This document shows, piece after piece, positions 1 to 9,510 of a DNA stretch of 32,000 bases. How positions within the stretch are numbered: the first letter of the stretch is position 1; every line of letters begins with the position of its first letter. Source of the DNA: Ktedonobacterales bacterium. GTDB lineage: Bacteria; Chloroflexota; Ktedonobacteria; Ktedonobacterales; JADMIN01. The notes beneath the pieces are model-generated. The model saw only the letters and a list, made by a program, of their open reading frames with translations. It was not told the DNA's origin and made no database searches. The DNA lies in the NCBI GenBank assembly GCA_030167145.1, contig CP126532.1, positions 690,001 through 722,000 of the forward strand, given 5' to 3'. The translations under genes and the position numbers were made by a program.

Positions 1-843
1 ATCTTCGATCTGGTCCGCGAGCGCTTCTACGTGGGAACAACCTTGGGACGCCGCGCGCTGGGATTACGCGAGACAGTGGAGCAACTGACCCCAGACGATC
101 TTCGCGCTTTCTGGCAGACCTACTACCGTCCAAGCGGAGCGCTGATTTCCATCGCTGGAAACTTCAATTGGGAACATGTGGTCAGTCGGGTAGGTGAGCT
201 TTTTGGCGATTGGGACGGCACGCCGCCCGCCCGCACAGAGCAGATGCCAAACCCAGTCCCGGCAGTCAATATCGAGATCCAGGAGGGGCAGCAAGAACAC
301 ATCGGCATGGCCTTTCCGTTCCCCAAGTATGGCGACTCCGATTACTATGCGGCTACGGTTGTCAGCGAGATTTTTGGCGGCGGCATGACCTCGCGCCTGT
401 TCCGCGAGGTACGCGAGAAGCGCGGTCTGGTCTATTCGGTCGCCTCCATCTTTGCGCCGAATGGCACTTCCGGGGCGGAGTTCCTCTACGCTGGCACGAC
501 ACCAGAAAAATCGCATGAGACGGTGCAGGTGATGATCGAAGAACTGCGCCTTCTGGGCGGCGAGGGAGTCACCGAGGATGAGTTGGGCCGGGCAAAGGTG
601 CAGCTCAAGAGCGAATTAGTGATGCGTGGCGAGAGCGCGGCGGCGCGAATGTCGGCGCTGGCGCGGTCGTGGTGGTTTGAGCAACGGCTGATTCCCATCC
701 ACGAACTCAAAGAGGCGATTGACACTGTCACTCGTGAGCAGATCCTCGGATTGCTCAAGCGCTTCCCGACGACACAGCCGCTAGTGATCGCGGCCATCGG
801 GCCGCGCACGCAAGATGAGTTGCTGGCGGGCGTACAGGTATAA
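1..843 (+). CDS. M16 (pitrilysin/insulinase) family peptidase, C-terminal portion; 5' end lies outside the window
   Basis: Frame 1 is open from base 1 (the track lists 31..843) and stops at TAA 841-843. The sequence resembles the non-catalytic C-terminal half of M16 peptidases (RAFWQTYYRPSGALISIAGNF, GGGMTSRLFREVREKRGLVYSV). Family call is from recalled similarity only. Confidence 0.75.
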   Translation: MFDLVRERFYVGTTLGRRALGLRETVEQLTPDDLRAFWQTYYRPSGALISIAGNFNWEHVVSRVGELFGDWDGTPPARTEQMPNPVPAVNIEIQEGQQEHIGMAFPFPKYGDSDYYAATVVSEIFGGGMTSRLFREVREKRGLVYSVASIFAPNGTSGAEFLYAGTTPEKSHETVQVMIEELRLLGGEGVTEDELGRAKVQLKSELVMRGESAAARMSALARSWWFEQRLIPIHELKEAIDTVTREQILGLLKRFPTTQPLVIAAIGPRTQDELLAGVQV

Positions 844-880
844 AGCCGTAGGGTTGAAGTTCTGGTCGGCGATCTAACGT

Positions 881-1270
881 TTACGCCGAGTCGCTGACCA
901 GTTCGACCTGCCACCATTCGTTGACCCAGAGGCCAATGACGCGAACGGACAGCCCCCACGAGACAATCTTGCGCGCGGCCTCACGAATATCGGTCAGATG
1001 CTCCTCACGCGAGACGGGATTCGCGGCGCAGCCGTGATGCCCGGCGATAGCGATGACATGAGAGTTATGTGCCGTTAGCGAAACTTTGACATATTCGAGA
1101 ATATGCGCGAGACGGTCTTCCGGGCCGCGAACGAGGAAGCGATCAGGCCCGGGCACCGTAACGGTGTCTACGAATGTCACGTTGCAGTGAATCTTGATCC
1201 AGTCCGCTACTGGGGCTTGCGCCCGCCCATCAATACAGTTGATCGCGGTAGCAAAAGCGCCTATCGCCAT
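881..1270 (-). CDS. Small (129 aa) beta-carbonic-anhydrase-like zinc-binding protein
   Basis: The ORF carries a CxDxR motif (CIDGR, residues 12-16) and an HxxC motif (GHHGC, about residue 78), spaced as in beta-class carbonic anhydrase zinc ligands. A strong SD (GGGAGGA) lies 7 nt upstream of ATG 1270. The protein is much shorter than canonical beta-CAs, so function is uncertain. Confidence 0.45.
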   Translation of the reverse strand: MAIGAFATAINCIDGRAQAPVADWIKIHCNVTFVDTVTVPGPDRFLVRGPEDRLAHILEYVKVSLTAHNSHVIAIAGHHGCAANPVSREEHLTDIREAARKIVSWGLSVRVIGLWVNEWWQVELVSDSA

Positions 1271-1644
1271 AGATTAATCCTCCCTAATGTAGTGGGGACT
1301 GGCAGCGACACCACCCCACTCTTCTATGTTATCGAAAATTGCGGCGTGAAGACCCCTATCCTTGAGGCATGGGAATGAAACGCCGCGCGCCGCTAGGAGC
1401 ACTCTTGGCTGCTTCCTCTCAGTAGTGCTACACTGGTTGCATATTGTCGGGCCAACGGAAATCTACGCTTGTGGAGGTGGCTTTGGGCTACGACATGACA
1501 GTGTAAGACGTGCAACAAGCGTTCGCTCTCCGCTGGGCGCAGTCGTCAGCCCAAGAATCCCCTGGCTTCGGGCATGGGAGTGGTCAACTGCTCTGCTTGG
1601 CACTGGCATCAATGACGTAGCTACAGGAGTGCTAAGCAAATTGC

Positions 1645-2328
1645 TCAGCCGAGATACCGGCGCAGGTCGTCCCGGGAGAGATGGCGTAGGTCGCCGATGG
1701 CGTCAAGCGAGAGATCGGGCGCGGGGGTGTAGGCATGCGGGTCCAGGCCGTAGTGCCCCTGGCGGATATGGACAGTGACGAAGCGCTGGGGCATACGGGC
1801 TTTGGTGGCCGAGAGGATGCGCGCTTTGTCGTCCACCATGACGTAAATTGGCGCGGACCAACGGGCCACTATTTCATCTAGATGCGCCTCTTTGTGGATA
1901 TAGATTGCCACTTGTTCGTCAACTGCCGCCGCGAGACCGCTGCGCGCAATCTTTAGCGGTTGATAGACGATGTCGCCATCCGAGACGATGACTGGTGAGC
2001 CAATCGTTTGCAGGTGGCGCAGTGTAGCCAGCGTGTCGGGATAGAGCCGTGAAGCGAAGGGGTAGTCAAAGATGATGGCGTGGACACACTCTAGCAGGGG
2101 ATCATCGCCGAGTATGGGACGGAACCGTTCAAGTGTGAGCGGAAAGTCCACGGTTCCGGTTGCCAGGCGGACTTCTTCGTATACGCGCCAGAACTGTTCG
2201 GCGCGTGCGTCGCCCAATAGTGCGTGAATTTGAGCATCGAGGTCTGCTTTGAGGGCATCGTTATCCAACAAGGTGTTATCACAGTCGAGGATGAAAACCA
2301 CTGGCTCAGCATCCGCCGCATCTCTCAT
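1645..2328 (-). CDS. HAD-superfamily hydrolase
   Basis: HAD motif I is present (FILDCDNTLLDND, DxDxT). I prefer the internal ATG at 2328 over the track start at 2385 because GGAGGA lies 7 nt upstream of it. Confidence 0.75.
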   Translation of the reverse strand: MRDAADAEPVVFILDCDNTLLDNDALKADLDAQIHALLGDARAEQFWRVYEEVRLATGTVDFPLTLERFRPILGDDPLLECVHAIIFDYPFASRLYPDTLATLRHLQTIGSPVIVSDGDIVYQPLKIARSGLAAAVDEQVAIYIHKEAHLDEIVARWSAPIYVMVDDKARILSATKARMPQRFVTVHIRQGHYGLDPHAYTPAPDLSLDAIGDLRHLSRDDLRRYLG

Positions 2329-2397
2329 CACCGTATCCTCCGCATAGGCGCTTTCGTTGCTGCCGCCACCTATTGTAGCATGCACAAGCGCGCCGAA

Positions 2398-3756
2398 TCA
2401 GGGCAGTGAGCCGGGTTTGGGCTTGTCACGCCCGAAGAACAGGCGTAGCAGCGTGGCCGACGTGACAAGAAAAAGCGCGCCGACGGGGAACGATGCGGAA
2501 AGCCCGACATGCTGTTGCAGCCAGCCTTCCACCACTGCGCCAATGCTATAGCCGATACTCCACGTCATGCTGTAGAAGCCACTGAGGCGGCCCCGGTAGC
2601 GTGTGGACACACGGCTCATTGCGAAGGAAGCGTAGACCGGCTCGAAGATTCCACGTAGCATCTGGCGCGCGAATTCCGCGAGCGCGGCCAAGGCAAAGAA
2701 CGGCGAAAAGCCGATCACCAGCATCACCGGCGCACTGAGATACTGCATGGAGGTAGCCAGCCGCAGCCTGCCGAAGCGCCGTACAAAGCCGGGCGAGGCG
2801 AGCGCCGTCGCGCCGCCAACCAGTCCCGCCAGTGTGATCATCACGCCAAGGACGCCAATGTTGATGCCAAATTGCAGCGTGAAATAGAGTTGTAGCAACG
2901 CAACGACCGCGCCCTCGCCAATGGTAAACAGGACATCCGGAGTCAGCAATTTGGTGAAGAGGATGACGACGCCCCAGCGTGTGCGCGGGTCTTCTGGCGT
3001 GTCGTCGCCTACGGCTGGCGCGCTGGTCGAGGGCATCGCGGCAGCGGCTTCCGGTACATCCACAGTGGCAGACGGGGCAACCTCTGGCGTGGTGGCATGA
3101 ATCGCTTTGCTGCGCGGTATTTCGCGGAGCCACGGGAGCGGCAGCGCAGTCAACAGCACGATGAACGCTGCCACAAGCACACCAGTTCGCAGGGGTATCG
3201 TCGAGTTGGCGGGCAGGTCAATTATGCCGCTCACAAACTCTGGCACGAGGCCGCCGATGAGCGCGCCGAATGAGCCAACGCCAAGCAGCAAGAAGCTGTT
3301 CATCGCCAGCGCGCCTACCTGCTGATCTTGCGTGGTGTTCTCGGTCAGGAGTGGCAGATTGACCACCCAATACGGTGATGCGGAAATGCCATTGAGAAGG
3401 CTTGCCAGAATGAGTAGCGTAGGATTCGTAGTGAACGCGATGGCGACGAGCGACAGTGGCGTGAGCGCACCACTGACCATGAGCAAGGGCTTACGTCCAA
3501 TGCGGTCGGCGAGAAAGCCAATGGGCACGCTAGCTACCAGTGCGCCAATCGCGGACATGGCGGCGAAGATTCCGACATATTGCTCATCGTAGCCAAGGCT
3601 GTAGACATAGAGATTGATCGTGACCTGGCCGATGGTAAGCTGAAGACCTTTGCCCAGTGTGAAGAGCAGCAGGATATAAACCGTTCGGTTGAAGCTGAAA
3701 TAAACGCCCAAACGCTGGTGTGTCGCCAAGCGTCTTCTGAGCGAGGCCTGGGCCAT
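2398..3756 (-). CDS. MFS transporter
   Basis: About 12 hydrophobic segments with a central Pro/Ala-rich loop. MFS-type loop motif present (GFLADRIGRKPLL). I prefer ATG 3756 (MAQASLRRR...), which has GGGAGA 6 nt upstream, over the track start at 3822. Confidence 0.8.
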   Translation of the reverse strand: MAQASLRRRLATHQRLGVYFSFNRTVYILLLFTLGKGLQLTIGQVTINLYVYSLGYDEQYVGIFAAMSAIGALVASVPIGFLADRIGRKPLLMVSGALTPLSLVAIAFTTNPTLLILASLLNGISASPYWVVNLPLLTENTTQDQQVGALAMNSFLLLGVGSFGALIGGLVPEFVSGIIDLPANSTIPLRTGVLVAAFIVLLTALPLPWLREIPRSKAIHATTPEVAPSATVDVPEAAAAMPSTSAPAVGDDTPEDPRTRWGVVILFTKLLTPDVLFTIGEGAVVALLQLYFTLQFGINIGVLGVMITLAGLVGGATALASPGFVRRFGRLRLATSMQYLSAPVMLVIGFSPFFALAALAEFARQMLRGIFEPVYASFAMSRVSTRYRGRLSGFYSMTWSIGYSIGAVVEGWLQQHVGLSASFPVGALFLVTSATLLRLFFGRDKPKPGSLP

Positions 3757-3925
3757 GACGTAGTCTCCCGCGAAGTAAACAAATCGAAGCCACCGTGATA
3801 GATAGTGTATGACGCACGTCAAACGATACCGCGCGCGACATGGGCGTTGCTACGGCCATAAGTACAGGCGTGCGGCAGATGAAGAGGTGGTGCGGTGTGG
3901 TGGCCAGGCGGGGACATACTCTGGA

Positions 3926-4354
3926 TCAGGGCATAACCTGCCGGAAGCGACTGACGAGCCGTATATGAGTGCTGAGGTTGTCGGCGTCAACCGGCTTGAC
4001 GAGATAATCGTCAGCGCCCGCCTGAAACGCGGCGATTTTGTCCACGAATGAGGTGCGGCGGGTCAGCACGATAGTCAGCACGCGGCGTGTGCTGGGCGTG
4101 GCGAGCAGCCTGGACACGAACTCCAGGCCGTTGCCGTCGGGCAGGTCTATTTCTGTGACGACAAGATCGGGAACACGGATATTCATCGCGGAGAGCGCGG
4201 CTTGGAGGGTGGGGACGACCGCTACTGCGCTGAGGTTGGGCAACGCTCTGGCGAGCCGTTCAGCGCTATCCAGGTCGGGATCAATGAACAGCACTGCCAG
4301 AGTCTGCTGCTGGGCAGTGGGCGACCATCGTGGCCCCGCGCTGTCTCTACTCAT
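3926..4354 (-). CDS. Stand-alone response-regulator receiver (CheY-like) protein, no output domain
   Basis: Receiver signatures are present: an acidic pocket (LFIDPDLD), a phospho-acceptor context (DLVVTEIDLPDGNG) and the conserved Lys (DDYLVKP). No histidine kinase gene is found in the window. Confidence 0.8.
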   Translation of the reverse strand: MSRDSAGPRWSPTAQQQTLAVLFIDPDLDSAERLARALPNLSAVAVVPTLQAALSAMNIRVPDLVVTEIDLPDGNGLEFVSRLLATPSTRRVLTIVLTRRTSFVDKIAAFQAGADDYLVKPVDADNLSTHIRLVSRFRQVMP

Positions 4355-4532
4355 GATCCACCAGCCCTCTTCGCTTCACGGAATCCACTGGATTTGCTCC
4401 TTCCATCCGCGCCCGTACCGATGAGCAAGACAAATCGTTGTGCGTGGATAGGGTGTCCGCTTCCCTACTCTATCATAGCAAGGAAGATAAGGAAAGAAAA
4501 GGGCATATACCCAACAGCGCCAGCTCAGGAAG

Positions 4533-4541
4533 TGATATACT
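4533..4541 (+). promoter_or_regulatory. Candidate extended -10 promoter (TGaTATACT) for typA
   Basis: TGATATACT at 4533-4541 lies in an AT-richer divergent intergenic region. There is no good -35. A 9-bp hairpin follows (TGCCCGGCG 4553-4561 / CGCCGGGCA 4577-4585). Confidence 0.35.
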
Positions 4542-4680
4542 ACCATATAGTGTGCCCGGCGCCGGTTCGTGGGTGACGCCGGGCATGTCTTTGGCGTTCA
4601 CGAGCATATGAGCGGCGCGTCTCGCATATGGAGATTTCTGAAAGACAAGACGCTACAGCGTGAGGGAAAATTACATCGTC

Positions 4681-6552
4681 ATGCAGACATTGGAACGGAC
4701 TGAAGAGCGGCAGGGGAAGCGGGTGCGTACTGATATTCGCAACATTGCCATCATCGCGCATGTGGACCACGGCAAAACGACATTGGTAGATGGGCTGCTC
4801 AAGCAAGGGAAGGTCTTCCGCGAGAACCAGCAGGTCGGCGAGCTTATCATGGACTCCAACGACCTGGAGCGCGAGCGCGGTATCACCATTCTCGCCAAGA
4901 ACACAGCGGTCTCGTATCGCGGCGTCAAAATCAACATCATTGATACACCGGGACACGCGGACTTCGGTGGCGAGGTGGAGCGCGTGCTGAACATGGCGGA
5001 CGGATGTCTGCTGTTGGTAGATGCGGTCGAGGGGCCGATGCCGCAGACGCGCTTCGTGCTGAAGAAGGCATTCGAGTTGGGGCTGAAGCCGATACTGGTC
5101 ATCAACAAGATTGACCGGCGCGACGCACGAGCCGATCAGGTGCTCTCGTGGACACAGGATCTCTTCCTGGAACTGGCTACACGTGACGAGCAGCTAGAGT
5201 TCCCCGTGCTGTACGCCATCGCCCGCGAGGGTATCGCCCGCTTCCATCCTGATGACACGAATATGGACCTTCAGCCGCTGTTCGAGACGATTCTGGAGCA
5301 TGTGCCCGCTCCGGTGGTGGATGAAGATGGCCCGTTCCAATTGCTGGTGACGGCGCTGGACTACGACGATTACAAGGGCAAATATGCCATAGGCCGCATC
5401 ACCCGTGGGCGTGTACGTCCGGGTCTCTCGGTGGCGCGCATCACACGCGACGGCGAGACCGCACGCGGGCGGATTGGTCTCGTCTTCACATACCAGGGGC
5501 TGGGGCGGCTCGAAGTCGCGGAGGCGGCGGCGGGCGACATCGTGGCGCTGACGGGCATCGCCGACGCGAATATCAGCGACACGCTGGCCGATGTCGAGAC
5601 GCCGGAGGCGCTGCCGAGCATCGCGATTGATGCGCCGACGCTCAAGATGAGCTTTGGCGTGAACACAAGCCCCTTCGCTGGGCGCGAGGGCAAGTGGAGC
5701 ACGTCGCGGCAACTGCGCGCGCGGCTGTATCGCGAGCTAGAAACGAACGTAAGCCTGCGCGTGGAGGATGGCAAGACGCCGGATGAGTTCGTGATTTCGG
5801 GGCGCGGCGAACTGCATCTCGCGGTGTTGATCGAGACGATGCGCCGTGAGGGGTATGAGTTACAAGTCTCGCGGCCAGAGGTCATCACGCGCGATGCGGA
5901 CGATGGCAAGGTGATGGAGCCGATTGAGCGGCTGGTCATTGATACGCGCGAACAATATATCGGCGCGATCAGCGAGACGCTCGCGCTGCGTAAAGCACGT
6001 ATGGTTGACATGACCAACGATGGCAGCGGCAATGTGCGTCTGGAATATGAAATCCCAACCCGCGGGCTGATTGGCTTCCGCAATGCGTTCCTGACATTGA
6101 CGCAAGGCAACGGCGCGATGGCGAGCCTGCTGGTGGGTTACGAGCCGTGGCTTGGTCCCATCGGCACGTCACGTAACGGCGCGCTGATCGCCTCTGAGGC
6201 AGGCATGGCGGTTACATACGGGTTGAACAACGCGCAGCAGCGTGGCGCGACATTCATCGAGCCAGGGACGCCGGTCTACGAGGGGATGATCGTAGGGCTG
6301 AATGTGCGCCCAGATGATCTGGCGGTCAACGTCTGCAAAGAGAAGAAGATGACCAACGTTCGCTCATCCACTTCGGATATCGCGGTACGGCTGACGCCCG
6401 CCGTCAAGCTGAGCCTGGAGCAGTCGCTGGACTTCATCAACAATGATGAACTCGTGGAGGTGACGCCGCAGAATGTTCGCCTGCGCAAGCGCCTGCTGAC
6501 ACACCACGAGCGTTCGCGCGCACGTGATCTGGACCAAACCGGCGGACGTTAA
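4681..6552 (+). CDS. typA: Translational GTPase TypA/BipA
   Basis: G1 motif context [19 protein letters not shown], plus DTPGHADF and NKID motifs, with EF-G-like domain order over about 620 aa. The start is either ATG 4681 or the upstream GTG 4660; the choice is uncertain. Confidence 0.93.
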   Translation: MQTLERTEERQGKRVRTDIRNIAIIAHVDHGKTTLVDGLLKQGKVFRENQQVGELIMDSNDLERERGITILAKNTAVSYRGVKINIIDTPGHADFGGEVERVLNMADGCLLLVDAVEGPMPQTRFVLKKAFELGLKPILVINKIDRRDARADQVLSWTQDLFLELATRDEQLEFPVLYAIAREGIARFHPDDTNMDLQPLFETILEHVPAPVVDEDGPFQLLVTALDYDDYKGKYAIGRITRGRVRPGLSVARITRDGETARGRIGLVFTYQGLGRLEVAEAAAGDIVALTGIADANISDTLADVETPEALPSIAIDAPTLKMSFGVNTSPFAGREGKWSTSRQLRARLYRELETNVSLRVEDGKTPDEFVISGRGELHLAVLIETMRREGYELQVSRPEVITRDADDGKVMEPIERLVIDTREQYIGAISETLALRKARMVDMTNDGSGNVRLEYEIPTRGLIGFRNAFLTLTQGNGAMASLLVGYEPWLGPIGTSRNGALIASEAGMAVTYGLNNAQQRGATFIEPGTPVYEGMIVGLNVRPDDLAVNVCKEKKMTNVRSSTSDIAVRLTPAVKLSLEQSLDFINNDELVEVTPQNVRLRKRLLTHHERSRARDLDQTGGR

Positions 6553-6586
6553 GCCAGTTCCACGAACGGCTACAATCAGCAGGAAG

Positions 6587-6622
6587 TGGGCGCAACCGTG
6601 GTGGTTACGCCCATTTCTCTTC
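6587..6622 (+). terminator. Intrinsic terminator after typA (possibly bidirectional, shared with convergent pyrG)
   Basis: Stem TGGGCGCAACC (6587-6597) pairs with GGTTACGCCCA (6603-6613): 11 bp with one mismatch and loop GTGGT. It is followed by TTTCTCTTC. It sits in the 81-bp gap between the convergent stops at 6552 and 6634. Confidence 0.6.
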
Positions 6623-6633
6623 AGCGCGTGCGT

Positions 6634-8352
6634 TTAGTGGGCGCGCCCACTGCGGTCGGCGGTCGCGCTTTCGATGTGGCCATTGTGGGCCGTGGCGCGG
6701 GAATCGTCCGCTGCGTCATCCTGGCTCGCGCGTGGCGCATGAATCCCCGCGCGCCGTGTGGCGGCTGCGACGAACTCGCGGAAGAGCGGATGCGCGCGGT
6801 TGGGGCGGCTCTTGAACTCTGGGTGGAACTGCGTGGCGACGAACCAGGGATGGTCGCGCAGTTCGATAATCTCGACAAGCTGACCATCGCCGGATTTGCC
6901 GCTGAGCGCCATGCCCTTTGCCTCCATCGCCTTGCGGTAGTCATTGTTGAACTCGTAGCGGTGGCGATGGCGCTCGAAGACGATGGGCTTGTCGTAGGCG
7001 GCTTCGGCTTTGCTGCCGGGGGTGAGGCAACAGACCCACTGGCCCAGGCGCATTGTGCCGCCCTTGTCGGCGATGTTGCGCTGCTTGAGCATCAGATCAA
7101 TCACCTTGTCGGGCGCTTCAGGGTCGAACTCGGAACTGTTGGCATGCTCCAGATTGAGGACGTGCCGCGCGAATTCGACGACCGCGACTTGTAGGCCGAG
7201 GCAGAGGCCCAGGTAGGGGATCTGTTTGGTGCGGGCAAGCTGCGCGGCTTTGACCTTGCCCTCGATACCGCGATGACCAAACCCGCCAGGCACGATGATG
7301 CCGTCTACTGAGGCCAGCAGCGGCTCGTACTCTTCCCAGTGGGTTTCGAGGGATTCGGAATTGATCCACTCGATCTCTACGTCCACATCGTTAGCCCAGC
7401 CAGCAGAGCGCAACGCCTCGGCGACGGAGAGATAGGCGTCGTGCAGGGCGACGTATTTGCCAACCAGGCCAATGCGTACCACCGGCTTTTCCGCCCCGAT
7501 GCGCTCCACAAGCTCGCGCCACTCGCTGAGGTCGGGCGCTTGCGCCTTTTCCAGTCGCAATGTCTCCACGAGGTAGTCGCCCATACCGGCGGATTCGAGC
7601 ATCAGCGGCACTTCATAGATTGTGCTGGCGGTGACGAGAGGAATTACCGCGCGCTGCTGGATGTTGCAGAACAGGGCAATCTTCGAGCGAATCTCGTCGC
7701 TGACGGGGAAGTCTGAGCGGCAGAGGATGATGTCGGGTTGGATGCCCGCGCGCAGCAACTCTTTGACGCTGTGCTGTGTGGGTTTGGTCTTGAGTTCTTT
7801 GGTGGCGCCGATGTAGGGCAGGAGGGTGACATGGATGTAGAGCACGTCGTCGCGCCCAACCTCGGTGCGCATCTGGCGGATGGCTTCGAGAAATGGCTCC
7901 CCTTCGATGTCGCCCACGGTCCCGCCGACCTCACAGATGACCACATCTGCGCTGGAAGAGCGGGCGAGCGCGTGAATGCGCGACTTAATCTCGTTGGTGA
8001 TATGCGGGATGACCTGGATTGTGCCGCCGAGATATTCGCCGCGCCGCTCTTTGCCGATGACAGCAGCGTAGACCTGGCCCGTGGTCACGTTGCTAGCCTG
8101 GGTGGCGGATTCGTCCGTGAAGCGCTCGTAGTGGCCCAGATCGAGGTCAGTTTCCGCGCCGTCGTCGGTGACGAAGACTTCTCCATGCTGATAGGGGGAC
8201 ATCGTTCCCGGATCCACATTAATATAGGGGTCAAGCTTCATGATAGCGACCGCGAGGCCGCGGCTCTTCAATAGTCGCCCGATGGAGGCTACGGCAATGC
8301 CCTTGCCGACCGACGACGCAACACCACCCGTCACGAATACTAGTTTGGCCAT
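6634..8352 (-). CDS. pyrG: CTP synthase
   Basis: The N-terminus [19 protein letters not shown] is typical of PyrG, and the C-terminal glutamine amidotransferase motif GLCLGLQ is present. I prefer the start at 8352, which has GGGAGA 6 nt upstream, over 8373. There is a low-complexity C-terminal tail of about 35-40 aa. Confidence 0.95.
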   Translation of the reverse strand: MAKLVFVTGGVASSVGKGIAVASIGRLLKSRGLAVAIMKLDPYINVDPGTMSPYQHGEVFVTDDGAETDLDLGHYERFTDESATQASNVTTGQVYAAVIGKERRGEYLGGTIQVIPHITNEIKSRIHALARSSSADVVICEVGGTVGDIEGEPFLEAIRQMRTEVGRDDVLYIHVTLLPYIGATKELKTKPTQHSVKELLRAGIQPDIILCRSDFPVSDEIRSKIALFCNIQQRAVIPLVTASTIYEVPLMLESAGMGDYLVETLRLEKAQAPDLSEWRELVERIGAEKPVVRIGLVGKYVALHDAYLSVAEALRSAGWANDVDVEIEWINSESLETHWEEYEPLLASVDGIIVPGGFGHRGIEGKVKAAQLARTKQIPYLGLCLGLQVAVVEFARHVLNLEHANSSEFDPEAPDKVIDLMLKQRNIADKGGTMRLGQWVCCLTPGSKAEAAYDKPIVFERHRHRYEFNNDYRKAMEAKGMALSGKSGDGQLVEIIELRDHPWFVATQFHPEFKSRPNRAHPLFREFVAAATRRAGIHAPRASQDDAADDSRATAHNGHIESATADRSGRAH

Positions 8353-8513
8353 GCTACTTTCTCCCGCTGCCAATGCCTCTGGTACATTGTTTGGAAATCC
8401 ATACGCCTACGAACTGCTGCCTCGTCATTACGGGCACCCGCTGGATGCCGCTACACCCACATCACACCCCCTACGAAACACAATACAATTGCTGGCGACT
8501 GCGCTCGCCGCCC

Positions 8514-8558
8514 AAAAGGGGGAGGGGCTAGAATCCTTGGTGTGGATCTAGCCCCTCC
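8514..8558 (-). terminator. Candidate intrinsic terminator after the MBL-fold hydrolase gene
   Basis: A 12-bp stem, GGAGGGGCTAGA (8521-8532) with TCTAGCCCCTCC (8547-8558), lies 12 nt past the stop. On the minus strand it is followed by CCCTTTTGGG, so the U-tract is short and interrupted. Confidence 0.4.
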
Positions 8559-8569
8559 TGTCTTTGTTG

Positions 8570-9217
8570 TCAGCCGCGATAGGCGAGTACGATCACCTGC
8601 GGCTCCGCTGGGAGCGTTGCCTTGGTGATGACGGCTTTCGGTAGCGGTTCGGCCACCTCTATGCCCATCTCCCGGCAGAACTTTTCTACCGGGTCTAACG
8701 CGGCTTCAGTTGGTTTATAGGCTGGCGTCGCGTAGTGCATCGGCACGATGATGCGCGGCTCAATCTGCGCGATCACTTCGACGGCTTTGCCTGCATCCAG
8801 CGCGTTGCCGCCGCCGACCGGAATCAACAACACATCGGCGCCGTTGAGCGTTTCTTGCGCGTGGTCGTCCAGAAGATCGCCAAGGTCGCCAAGGTGGCAG
8901 ATACGCACGTCATCCATCGTGATGAGGTACGACGTGTTGCGGCCATGTTGCTTGCCGTGCTCGTTATCGTGATAATTCCATACGCCCGTGATCAGCACCT
9001 GCTCGATTTCATATTCACCGGGGCCGTCTACCACTTTGGGGTCACCGCCCACGCCTTTGGCATAGTCATGCCCGGGATGGTGGTGACTGATGGTGACGAT
9101 GTCGGCGGAGATGCGACCGAGTGAGTACCCGGTGGATGGCGCGGGAGGGTCGGTAATCAGCGTGGCTTCTTTACCACGCAGGCGGAAGCACGAATGCCCC
9201 AGCCAGCTCAGTTCCAT
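8570..9217 (-). CDS. Metallo-beta-lactamase-fold metal-dependent hydrolase (UPF0173-like)
   Basis: N-terminus MELSWLGHSCFRL, an HHHPGHD metal-binding motif and a later ICHLGDLG motif, as in small MBL-fold hydrolases. Confidence 0.8.
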   Translation of the reverse strand: MELSWLGHSCFRLRGKEATLITDPPAPSTGYSLGRISADIVTISHHHPGHDYAKGVGGDPKVVDGPGEYEIEQVLITGVWNYHDNEHGKQHGRNTSYLITMDDVRICHLGDLGDLLDDHAQETLNGADVLLIPVGGGNALDAGKAVEVIAQIEPRIIVPMHYATPAYKPTEAALDPVEKFCREMGIEVAEPLPKAVITKATLPAEPQVIVLAYRG

Positions 9218-9510
9218 GCGTTGTGGTCCCCTGTTGGCTGTAATGGGTTAGGCGGGGTATCGCCAGCACTCCACGCGCTCGTACCCCGCCCTAGCGGATA
9301 GTGTACCACACGCTGTGGGCTGCTCACAAGGAGGATGGCAAAGAGCAAGAGGCTCAGGGTACTTCGTAGGGAGGAGCGGGCGCTCATCCGTAGCGAAGGG
9401 GGTCATCTTCTACGAAGGAGATCATCTGCTGGCGATGATCCTCTTAATCTCCTTGATCCTCTTGGACTGTCTTTCCAGGTCTTCTCACACGACATGGAAC
9501 AACCAGGGGA

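Noticed and set aside
1398-1429. 14-nt identity (AGGAAGCAGCCAAG, minus strand; plus-strand 1404-1417) to the conserved 3' strand of SRP RNA helix 8, preceded by a GNRA-like GAGA
   Set aside because: The matching 5' strand is absent: no CAGG/AGG symmetric-loop partner and no GG to pair with the CC. The enclosing stem would leave a highly asymmetric 20-nt loop. This is not a functional SRP RNA domain IV as far as I can fold it.
1627-1635. GAGTGCTAA, identical to the right half of the CIRCE (HrcA) operator; a partial left-half-like AGCACTC lies at 1398-1405
   Set aside because: Neither half has its partner at the required 9-nt spacing, and no chaperone gene is adjacent. The similar AGCACT/AGTGCT cores in the YtrA operator region also do not fit CIRCE.
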